A DNA stretch of 64,000 bases from a virus. Location: IMG/VR virus record IMGVR_UViG_3300036985_001509, positions 1-64,000 of that record; one strand, written 5' to 3'. This document shows, one piece after another, positions 1 through 9,400 of this stretch. The notes under the pieces were generated by a model. That model did no database searches. It had not been told where the DNA came from and was given only the letters and a program-made list of their open reading frames with translations. Each line of letters starts with the position of its first letter. The first letter of the stretch is position 1. A program made the translations under genes and the position numbers.

Positions 1-476
1 CTCGTACCACTAGAACCACTTGTTGCACTAGTACCAGAGGTGCCCGTTGTTCCACTTGTTCCAGCTGAACCTGAGGTTCCACTAGAACCGCTAGTCCCAG
101 TGGTACCACTTGTTCCACCAGTACCATTTGTCCCACTAGTACCCGATGTACCTGTTGTTCCTGATGTAGCACTAGAACCACTAGTTCCTGAACTTCCACT
201 TGTCCCAGTGGTACCTGAAGTGCCAGATGTGGCAGATGTGCCGCTCGTACCGTTTGTACCTCCTGTTCCATTTATACCTGATGTTCCACTTGACCCTGAA
301 CTACCAGATGATCCATTACTACCTGTTCCACCACTAGTTCCTGATGATCCTGAAGTTCCATCTGAACCAGAAATACCGTTTGTACCAGATGTTCCACTTG
401 TTCCTGTAGTGCCACTAGTTCCGTTAGTTCCAGATGTTCCTGAGATGCCACTAGTACCCGATGTACCAGAGCTTCC
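1..476 (-). repeat. Gly-X-Y triplet coding repeat (GTS/GSS/GTT/GTN)
   Basis: Gly at nearly every third codon for about 155 codons, with varied synonymous codons. The + strand PxxPxx ORF 40..555 is its antisense shadow. Confidence 0.9.
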
Positions 477-836
477 TGCAAGACCATTTGCAAAAGCTTC
501 CTCTATCTTCTCAATAACCACCTGGAGGTTGTCATTGGTGTTAATCTTTGTATAGATGAGGTTGGGTCCTTCATAGAATACACAAGTGGCATTCAGAATG
601 ACGGGACAAGGATCAGCGCTACAGATTACTGGGTTTGAACAAGAAGTGTTCTGGCTATGATTGCCAAAAAGTTTAGACAAGAACGGTACCTTATCTGTAT
701 CATTAACTGGTTCAGAATCAGGAATGGGCGTATATACAAAGGACACATCGTCCAAAAACTCAGGGACTTGAGACTCTCCTGAGGTTCCAGACGTACCATT
801 GTCCCCATAATTAAGTATAGTGGGAAATACGTTCAT
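1..836 (-). CDS. Collagen-like (Gly-Thr-Ser repeat) fibre protein, 3' end truncated by window edge
   Basis: Absent from the ORF track because it is open at the edge. Read by hand from ATG at 836: MNVFPTILNYGDNGTSGTSG...CPVILNATCVFYEGPNLIYTKINTNDNLQVVIEKIEEAFANGLAGSSGTSGTSGISGTSGTNGTSGTTG..., no stop before position 1. Confidence 0.85.
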   Translation of the reverse strand, partial: MNVFPTILNYGDNGTSGTSGESQVPEFLDDVSFVYTPIPDSEPVNDTDKVPFLSKLFGNHSQNTSCSNPVICSADPCPVILNATCVFYEGPNLIYTKINTNDNLQVVIEKIEEAFANGLAGSSGTSGTSGISGTSGTNGTSGTTGTSGTSGTNGISGSDGTSGSSGTSGGTGSNGSSGSSGSSGTSGINGTGGTNGTSGTSATSGTSGTTGTSGSSGTSGSSATSGTTGTSGTSGTNGTGGTSGTTGTSGSSGTSGSAGTSGTTGTSGTSATSGSSGT

Positions 837-844
837 GTCTTAAA

Positions 845-1240
845 TTAGTGTACGATTTTCAATACATCACCTGTACGGTAAACCTGGCCTGCGAGGAGGC
901 CACCTGCAATAGCAGCAGCATTATCAGCATATTCGGAAGCCCCTGTATAGGGAATAGACAAAACAATTCTCCAATCCAAGGCACCTGTGCCTGTGGTTTG
1001 AGCATAGTAAAGGTTCTTGGCCCCACTAGTTCTTACAAAAAGTTGGCCTAGATAAGTACCAGCAATAGTGGGAGCTCCAGTTCCCGTTTTGGGAACTAGG
1101 TTATTATTTATCTTACCCAACGCAACCTCCAGAGAATCAAGAGGGTTGATATCAGCATTGGCAAGATAGGGACCATTATAGAGTACGCACAGAGCGTTCT
1201 CATAGGTGGCACATGTTGGGCAAATTGCAGCGGTTCTCAT
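845..1240 (-). CDS. Small virion fibre/adaptor protein
   Basis: N-terminal Cys module CPTC...CVLYNGPYL...INPLDSLEVALGKI shared with three other fibre-like ORFs in the window; C-terminal YADNAAAIAGGLLAGQVYRTGDVLKIV. Confidence 0.6.
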   Translation of the reverse strand: MRTAAICPTCATYENALCVLYNGPYLANADINPLDSLEVALGKINNNLVPKTGTGAPTIAGTYLGQLFVRTSGAKNLYYAQTTGTGALDWRIVLSIPYTGASEYADNAAAIAGGLLAGQVYRTGDVLKIVH

Positions 1241-1316
1241 AGCGAGCGAAATTAGTTATTAGTTATTAATATTCAATGAGTTAAAACAAAAATACAGCAT
1301 AATATAGCAATCACAT

Positions 1317-4300
1317 CTACCTTATTCCTGACTGAGAAGGCATCCTGATTCCTAGGTCTTTGGCGGTCTCAGGAGAGAACATAGGAAGGAGCTGAGCCCC
1401 CTGACTAGTGATGGGGAAAGACTTCATCAGGTACTTAATTACCTGGTTCTTTTCCACCAGTTCTTCATCTCCCACAGATAGTCCGTACATCTCCTTTCCA
1501 AAATTGACCAGGGTTTTCTTATAGTTTTCTATCAGTCCTAAGGATGGGAATACGCCCTGGGATACCAGGTTGAATATATTGGTAGGGTTGTAGAAGTAGG
1601 CAATCTCATCTGTGAACTTGTCCGTAGCCTTGAGCATGAACTTCCATCTGTTCCTTACAATTGGGTCCTCATCCTCATCAGGCATATTTGCCTTAAGTCC
1701 GAAGTAGATAGCCAGGAGACCTAGGAAGATGAGCAAGTCCAGCATCTGATTTTTCATGTTCATTCTGACCAAGTCTATGAATTCATCCTCAGTCATTTCG
1801 AGCTCCTTACCAGTGTCCTTTTCATAGTCAGCCTTCTTCTGCTCATACAGAGTACGTATCTGTTGGACAAACTTATCATCATTACCAAGGATGGCACTTT
1901 TGAGGCTGTCTAAAGCATTGATGGTGTCTGTGGCTACAAATCTAAATAGCATTCTCATTCTACCCCACTCATAAGCATCTGAGGCAGAGTTGTATTTAAG
2001 ATTACCAAAACGTACATCAATCAGACGAGGAATCCAGTTCTTGAACACCATGAATGAGTTGCTGTATACATTAAGGTTGATGAGACGTTTGTTAGCTTCT
2101 GACATGTTACCCAGAGCATCTGCTGTAACCTGTTGCACCTTCCTTCTGAGCTCAACAACACTTTCGGATTTCTGCTCTACACCAGGGATTGTAAACTGAT
2201 CACCTTCAATCTTAGCAACTTTCAACACACCCTTCTCTTCAATCAGCTTCTGTACATCCTGCTCAAACTTATCAGCTCTAGCTTTTCTTTCCTCTCTTGT
2301 TCCGTCGTACATCTTGCCAAGATAATCAGGTTGTTTTCTGACGTATTCTCTAGCGTTAACCACCTGACCATCAACCACTATGCTGTTCTCGAGGAAGGCA
2401 TAGAAGTTAACAGCCTGTACAGCACGATCAGATTTTCTCATGAGTATCATGAGCCAATCCTGAATACTCTCCTGACTCATACTGCTCAGAGACAAACTCT
2501 TAGCCAGGTCTCTATTATAGTTCTCTGTGAAAGGCATGAAATAGTTCATGGCTGCCACATACTTTTTAGCATCCTCTCCACCCAGTTTGTTCCACAGGAG
2601 CTTACCCTCAGCCTTTACAAAGTCAGACTTGGTGAAATATTTACCCGAGTTAATCAAAGACTGAGTAGTACCACCAAACAAGTTAGACATGGAGGACAAC
2701 ACGTTCAGACCAAGAGCCTGCAGTTGGAAGGTAGTATTAAGAGCATCAATACTCTTGTTCATACTTATCTGTCTGCCACCTAATCCTTCAGGCATAAGCT
2801 TGAATCCAAGCTTCTTGTTTATCTTCTCTCCTACACCACCAATCTTTCCAAGCACCTGGTCGAATGTATCGCTCTCAATAAACTTCTGCTGGTAGATGAT
2901 TGCCTTGGTCATGTTCTCTATGATCTGGGCATTCTCACTATTGTCAGGATTATACTGGAGCTCACCATCTTTGTATTCTGTCTTTCCCCAGAACGAAGAG
3001 GCAATTGATCTCTTGTTTCTTTCGAGTCTGTTTAATGCAAGTGCCTGATCCTCAATCTCACTGAGGTATTTATATCTAAGAGCAAACTCATTGTACAGTG
3101 CCATTGTACGGAATAAATCCGTACTAACCTCACTTTCCAGTTCTCTGGTAAAGTAGATGGGAATCTTGTCTATCAACTTACCGCTGATAGGGTCACGCTG
3201 CCCATATCCTACATCACCCTCATCAATGGATATTGTCCTGAGGAACTGCTCACCTACGGTGACATCACCACCCAGTGCTAGTTTCTCCGTCAGTCCTTTT
3301 CTCACCCAGGGCAGGAACACTCTGGACTGTTTAGCATTAATATACCCTAAGTCTCTGTACATCTCGTTTCTCTCACGGATGTAGTTATAGAAATCAATAG
3401 CTGGTTGGTTAAGATATTTACCAGAGGCGTCTTTCTTTGTAAGTTCTTTCCACTCTTTAGACTCCCAAGTTTCCTTATTAGGAAACTGTTTCACCTCATC
3501 GTACAGCAACCATCCCAAGGACTGGTCTGTGCTGATGTTGTACAGTTCTTTTGCTCTTTTCAGTTCATTCTTGATCTGGTTAGCAATGTCTTCTTCTGTA
3601 CCAATACGAGCTTTATCAAATATGCGTGCCTCTTCCTCAGTGAGTTTCTTGCGTAGATGTTCAGCATAAGCCGCTCTATCTACATTCTCCTTAATCCACT
3701 TATAGTCTTTCTGGGCTACAGCGCTGTTCAGTTTGGAGTAGAACTGAGGGTCAAACTCATCAATCAGTTCATTCTTATCTTTGATAGCACGTTGGTAGCG
3801 CTCCTCAATTTTGTCTACCTCCTGCTTATATGATTCTTCAGTGAGCTCAGGTTTCATCTTGTTGAGCTCATCCATTTCAGCTTTCTTGCGAGTCTCAGCA
3901 TCCTTCTGATATGAATCAGCTTTCTTTCTGATAATATCAAAGTAGTTCTTGGCAGTGAGGCCTTTTCCTCTAGCCCATGCATCGTATGCTTTCTTCATCT
4001 CCAGGAGCTTTCTGCTCTCTGCAGCTGTGTCCTGACCTGCATAAGTGAATGCACGGGTGGCTTTTCTAAATAGAACACTAGCAGCCTTAAGCTGTATAGT
4101 GGCTGTACTACTAAACCATTTACTTACGCCTCTTACAGATTTCTCTCCTTCCTTCACACCCTTCACCTTTTCAGAAAGCGCAATGAAGTCGTTAGTAAAA
4201 CTCTTATCAAGACGTAACAGTCTAGATCTCAACAGCTTAGCTTCAGAGCTAGCCTTGTAGATGTCACTCTTAACATCCTCAGTGGCTTTATCAAGTGTGC

Positions 4301-6431
4301 CTCTGAACAAGAAGTCAAGTTCTGTAGCCAAATCAGAATAAGTATCTAATGCATCCAATCCATCGTCTATCTCTTTTGTAAATGCACTGCGCTCTGGTTC
4401 TGTGAAGCTTGCAGGATCTTTACCCTTGAACTTCTCATCAAACTTGGTGAATATATCGTTGATCTGCTTATTGATTACACGAGCTTGATAAACAAGAGCT
4501 TTAGCATCTCTTCTCATCTGCAGGTGACGAATAGCTTTGTAGAGAGAGTTAAGTTGCTCAGCCTTAGTGAGTTTCTCACCAGGCACCACCTTTCTCTCAG
4601 ATATTCTCTTGTAGATGCTATTAAGTTTAGCCAATAGATCATCCAGTTCTTCTTCTCCTGTAGCTTCTTCCTCTAGACCAACAGGGAGAAGGTAGTCTTC
4701 CTGGATGTTCTTTATGTCTACATCCCCAATCTTTATACTAGAAAGACGTGGTAGGATTTCCTTTTTGTAGTCAGCTTCTGTATACACAGCCTGAATGGGA
4801 ATCATTCTGGTCTGGTCAAACTGATCTTCCTTAATACCATATGCTGTCTTGAGGATTAACTTGTACTGGTTCATCTGTGTACGCCATGCGTTCACTTTGT
4901 ACCAGGGAATGTCCTCATACTTATTTGTGTTCAAATTAGTAAACTTCCAGTCAAGGATGTTCACCTTACCATCTTCTGTGATAGCAATGAAGTCAATGGT
5001 ACCAGCAATACCACCTCCTGGTCTCTTAGCATCATACACCACAGCTTCAGAAAGGAATCTTGCATTAGGACCAAATGAGTCCAGACGCTTCTTCAGATTG
5101 TCTCTGAGGATGGTGTAATACTTGCGGTCCTGATTGTTTAGCTGAGAGACGTAAGCACTATCATCCAAAGGCTCAGGTCTCATTATACCTGTCTGAGGAT
5201 CAACGTATACACTAAATGCATACTCCAAATCAGCGTGTCCAGCCGTACCCTTGTCAGCCTTCATGGCATCAATAGACTTCTGGAACTCTGTGTCTGTTAA
5301 CTTCTTCTCTCTAAATCTACGTTCGTACCAGTCGTTAACTAAATCTGTTACACGTCTGGGAACTTTTTTACCATTCACATAGTAGCCATCTCCACGTTTC
5401 TCAACAGCCATGGAGCCACTCTTGATGGTGTTAAATATCTGCTCCTGTTTAGATTGCTGCAGGAACACCTCGTTCTCATTAGCACGAATATCATCAGCTG
5501 TACCAATTTCCTTACCAGAGATGATGTCCATAGCAGCCTGATCAAACCCGCTTCTAGAGAACAGCCCCTTGAGCCACTCCAGGATTTGAGCCCACCAACC
5601 TTGCACCTTGGCTAGCTTCTCAGCACTTTCTGTATTGTTCTCAGCTTGGTAAATGATAGTTTCAGAAAGCACCTTACCAATAGCCTCATCCTTGATTTTC
5701 AATACATTAGGCTTACCATCCTTGGTTTGATAGAGAGGATTGTTGCTATACTCAGCAAACGTATCTCTCAATATCTGATAGTTGTTAATCTCACTAAGTA
5801 GTTTCTGATAAAGCTTGGGGTTAGTTTGCTTGATGATCTCTACAACAAAGTGCATAGCTTCCTCAGGAAGTGCTCTAGATTCCATGCCGTTCACAACCTG
5901 GATGAGCTTCTGTGTTACAATGGCTGCAGCGTTAGCATCCATCTGTTTACCATTCACAACAATAGCATTAACATTCTTAGTGCTAACACCAATACGACCA
6001 AGGAAGTCCTTGATCATTGCAATGGTTCTAGGGGATGCATTAGATGTTACAGTGCCACCACGTAATTGAAAAAGTGTGCCTTGTTCAGGTTTCTGTAGCT
6101 TAGCCAACTCTCCTGGCGCCAGAGGGTGGACATTGACCAATACCTTCTTGTTATTACCAGCCTGTGTAAACGCGCTCTTTATTAATGTCTGACCTTGAGG
6201 AGCTCCATACTTAGCATTCAGCTCAGCAATAAAGTTGATTTGCTTTTGGTTTTGCTCAGTGTCAATCTTTGAAAATAAGTAGGTGGCCGTTTGACCATCT
6301 CCATATTTTCTAAATAGATTAGAGTTGGCAATATCTTTCCAGATGGCTGCATACTTCTCGTTAAGTTTGTCAGCCAGCTCAGGATAGTTCTTTCTATACT
6401 CTTGCTCTATATATCTAACTTTACAGGCCAT
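1317..6431 (-). CDS. Large virion cargo protein / vRNAP-associated subunit with degenerate zincin and PD-(D/E)XK nuclease domains
   Basis: 1704 aa directly downstream of the vRNAP gene, as in crAss-like phages. Motifs: LPEEAMHFVVE (zincin-like), GTAGHADLE...AGTIDFIAITEDGKVNILDWKF...QMNQY (RecB/Cas4-type PD-(D/E)XK), and a hydrophobic helix MLDLLIFLGLLAIYFGL near the C-terminus. Confidence 0.75.
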   Translation of the reverse strand: MACKVRYIEQEYRKNYPELADKLNEKYAAIWKDIANSNLFRKYGDGQTATYLFSKIDTEQNQKQINFIAELNAKYGAPQGQTLIKSAFTQAGNNKKVLVNVHPLAPGELAKLQKPEQGTLFQLRGGTVTSNASPRTIAMIKDFLGRIGVSTKNVNAIVVNGKQMDANAAAIVTQKLIQVVNGMESRALPEEAMHFVVEIIKQTNPKLYQKLLSEINNYQILRDTFAEYSNNPLYQTKDGKPNVLKIKDEAIGKVLSETIIYQAENNTESAEKLAKVQGWWAQILEWLKGLFSRSGFDQAAMDIISGKEIGTADDIRANENEVFLQQSKQEQIFNTIKSGSMAVEKRGDGYYVNGKKVPRRVTDLVNDWYERRFREKKLTDTEFQKSIDAMKADKGTAGHADLEYAFSVYVDPQTGIMRPEPLDDSAYVSQLNNQDRKYYTILRDNLKKRLDSFGPNARFLSEAVVYDAKRPGGGIAGTIDFIAITEDGKVNILDWKFTNLNTNKYEDIPWYKVNAWRTQMNQYKLILKTAYGIKEDQFDQTRMIPIQAVYTEADYKKEILPRLSSIKIGDVDIKNIQEDYLLPVGLEEEATGEEELDDLLAKLNSIYKRISERKVVPGEKLTKAEQLNSLYKAIRHLQMRRDAKALVYQARVINKQINDIFTKFDEKFKGKDPASFTEPERSAFTKEIDDGLDALDTYSDLATELDFLFRGTLDKATEDVKSDIYKASSEAKLLRSRLLRLDKSFTNDFIALSEKVKGVKEGEKSVRGVSKWFSSTATIQLKAASVLFRKATRAFTYAGQDTAAESRKLLEMKKAYDAWARGKGLTAKNYFDIIRKKADSYQKDAETRKKAEMDELNKMKPELTEESYKQEVDKIEERYQRAIKDKNELIDEFDPQFYSKLNSAVAQKDYKWIKENVDRAAYAEHLRKKLTEEEARIFDKARIGTEEDIANQIKNELKRAKELYNISTDQSLGWLLYDEVKQFPNKETWESKEWKELTKKDASGKYLNQPAIDFYNYIRERNEMYRDLGYINAKQSRVFLPWVRKGLTEKLALGGDVTVGEQFLRTISIDEGDVGYGQRDPISGKLIDKIPIYFTRELESEVSTDLFRTMALYNEFALRYKYLSEIEDQALALNRLERNKRSIASSFWGKTEYKDGELQYNPDNSENAQIIENMTKAIIYQQKFIESDTFDQVLGKIGGVGEKINKKLGFKLMPEGLGGRQISMNKSIDALNTTFQLQALGLNVLSSMSNLFGGTTQSLINSGKYFTKSDFVKAEGKLLWNKLGGEDAKKYVAAMNYFMPFTENYNRDLAKSLSLSSMSQESIQDWLMILMRKSDRAVQAVNFYAFLENSIVVDGQVVNAREYVRKQPDYLGKMYDGTREERKARADKFEQDVQKLIEEKGVLKVAKIEGDQFTIPGVEQKSESVVELRRKVQQVTADALGNMSEANKRLINLNVYSNSFMVFKNWIPRLIDVRFGNLKYNSASDAYEWGRMRMLFRFVATDTINALDSLKSAILGNDDKFVQQIRTLYEQKKADYEKDTGKELEMTEDEFIDLVRMNMKNQMLDLLIFLGLLAIYFGLKANMPDEDEDPIVRNRWKFMLKATDKFTDEIAYFYNPTNIFNLVSQGVFPSLGLIENYKKTLVNFGKEMYGLSVGDEELVEKNQVIKYLMKSFPITSQGAQLLPMFSPETAKDLGIRMPSQSGIR

Positions 6432-6436
6432 ATTGG

Positions 6437-9400
6437 TTATCGTTTACAAGGGTTAGATTCATCTGCCCCTTCAAGGTTTTCATTGTTAACATCAAACAAA
6501 GAAATCTGTGCAGTGTCCACTTCTTTTTCATATTTTTTAAGAAGAATCTCTGCAAGCTCTTGCATAGTCTTACCATCTGCATCTTCACCAGTAAGATACA
6601 TATCTATAAATCTAGTAGCAAACTCTGGATTATCTCTTAGGAACTCTGCCTCAGGAATAGATATTTCGCTATTTGTTTCACCAACATAATCTCCAGCAGC
6701 TTGTCCATATTTCTTTCTAATAGCCTCAGCATAATCACCAGCTACGTTTGCTGGTTCAGCTATCCTAGAACCATCAAAAGGAGTGTTAGCCATCTTCAAT
6801 ATCAATTCTGTAGGCAGTCCTTCTATCTCTGCAGGATAGTCTAGTCTGATTCTCTTCTCCTTGTCTTTATATCTCACTTCTACAGGACCTTCTGGGATAG
6901 GAGCTGTTGCTGCAGGTGTATCTACCTTCACATCAGTGGTGGGGGCAGGAGACTGCTGAATAACATCATCCACCTTAATGTTCTGAGACAGAGCAGCAAT
7001 GATGTCATTGTTAGGAATCTCGTTCTTGATTCTAACAGTGTTGTTATCCACCACAGAAGGCTTGAAGTCTGTGTAATACTCTGATCCAAAGGCTCCCTCA
7101 CCATACAGGTTGATGAGTTTGTATACATACTTGTTCTCTATCTCACCCTTGTAATTTTTTATACCAATTGTTACAGGAGTGCCATCTGGATAGGTAACCT
7201 TCTGATAACCAAGCACTTGTGTGATAAGTGGGTTACCAGCTTTCTTCATTATAGCGTATGCCTTCTTGGAAATACCTACACCCTTCAGAACATCTACAAG
7301 CTCTCCTCCGTTTTTGTTAGCCACCACTCTTTTGATCTTTACGTAGTCACCGCTAGAAATAGCATCGTTGTCATAATTCTCATCCAAATATAGGATTTTT
7401 CTGTCAGTGGACTTGATCTTAAGTGCTTCATTATTAGGGAAAACAGGAGAGTAGTATTGATACACTTCCTCACCAGCGATGTCTGAGAAGATGGGTTGCT
7501 GAGTGGTAGAAATGAAGAACACCTTTTTCAGCGGATAGAATGCCATGTTATCATCCCAGTTGTTACGCTGGAACATACCCTGAGCAAATGCTTCCATGTC
7601 TTCTGTCACTCTGAGTCCAGCAATTACAGGAGCCACAATAGCGCTGTAGTCCTCAATTGGAATGATGTTTCTGATAGACACCCCAGTCTGATATGTGCCC
7701 TGAAGGATGGACAGTGTAACAAGATCTTTGTACAGCTGGTTGGTTTTGGGGTTATTTCTAAGCTCCCTCATCATACCAATGTACATGTTCTCACTAGCAG
7801 CATCCTTCACATTTGCCATCAGCATCACTGTATGGATACCGTTCTCTTTATTGAATCTCACCTCAAGCTGTCTGAGGATAGGTAACTCGTTGGCATATAA
7901 CGTTTTAGCTTCTGCCAGACGTGTAGCCACAGATGTGTTAGCATCAATGAGTAGGGGCTTGATAGAAGCATTCAGTCCTGTTCTAGTCTGTATGATGTAG
8001 TCTAGGAAGGATGCTCTTATCTTGTTTGCTATACGAGCGTAGTCATCCTCAGATATGAAGTCTCTCTTTTTGTACTGGTCGAGGATCTGGTTTGTGATAG
8101 CCTTGAACCTGTCTTGGTCCAATACAAAGATGGAACCAACAGCATCCACGGACATGCTAAGGATTCTCTTCTGCTTTCCAATGTGAGAGTTATCAAGAAC
8201 CTCCTGGGGCGATGTGAAGATGTTGTTCTCAATAGCCATGTCAGTCTTCATAACCTTCTTACCCAGGGCATCAGAGCTCTTGAACTTGGTAGTGTCATAG
8301 TTGATGGCCTGTGTGAAGTTGAAGTTGTACTGGGCCATCTTAGCCAGTCTCAAGAACTGCTCAAATATCAACTGCTGCTCAGCATTCTTCTTAAGGGTGC
8401 TAAGCTTGTTATTCTCCGCAAACTCACGGATATTCTCCGCAAGAGCCTCTGTATCAATTGCATCAGCCACCTCAACATTATCTCCATCCTTTACAGGGAA
8501 CCTATTCTTGATGTTCTTTATGTTGTTAGCGCCAAACAGTCCACGAGATCCTGTTCCTTCTACAAGCTCCAAGTATTGCTTGATGATCGGTTGGTTCATG
8601 AACAGAGCTGCTGTACGAAGAGGAACACCAATTCTCTGCATGAGCATGAACGTACCTACAGCCTTATCACTTCTGATAATCTTCATGATGTAGGGGTTCT
8701 TAGCCACGTCCACAAAGGAGGTGATGTATCCAGACAGACCATCAGAGATGTACATCTTACCATCTGCGTCCAGTACACCAGACATAGATATGTACTCTTT
8801 TCCGTTGATAGTCACCTTGTTATGAGGCAACAGAAGAGTGCCATCACCCAAGAACTTCTGGTCAAATGCAGGAGAGTTCTTTATTCTCTCAGGATCCATG
8901 ATCACCGTAACCTTCTGAGACAAAGAGTGGTTGGTGATGTTTACAGCACCAATACCCACCCAGCGCTTAGCAGTTAAGAATGCATGTCTGAGGGTGGTCA
9001 TGTAGTTGGGATCAATGATCTTGTTCTTTACATCCGCCTCTTTATCATTAGTAAGATCTTCAATCTCTAAAGCAATCTCTTCCAGGCCACCATCTCCTAC
9101 AGGAGTGATTAGGCGTTGGAAGTTTTCAGGAAGTGTGAGCAGCTCCTCAAAGGAATCGTAGTATTCATTCTCGAGGGAGCGCTTGTACATATCCTCTACA
9201 TAAGATGTCTTGAGCTTCTCGTTCAGGATCTTTTTGGTCAGTTTTGTCTTCTTATCTGCCAGATTCTCAACCTGTTGTGCAATGTACTCACTTGCAGAAA
9301 CATTGTTCTCAGCAGCTTGATTTACAATCTCCTTAAACATGTTAAGGTGGTCGTAGAAGAAATCAATGTCTTGCTCATCCAGGGCTGCATTTATAGACTC

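Noticed and set aside
40-555. + strand Pro/Val-rich ORF (171 aa)
   Set aside because: Antisense shadow of the minus-strand Gly-Thr-Ser repeat; no independent evidence of coding.
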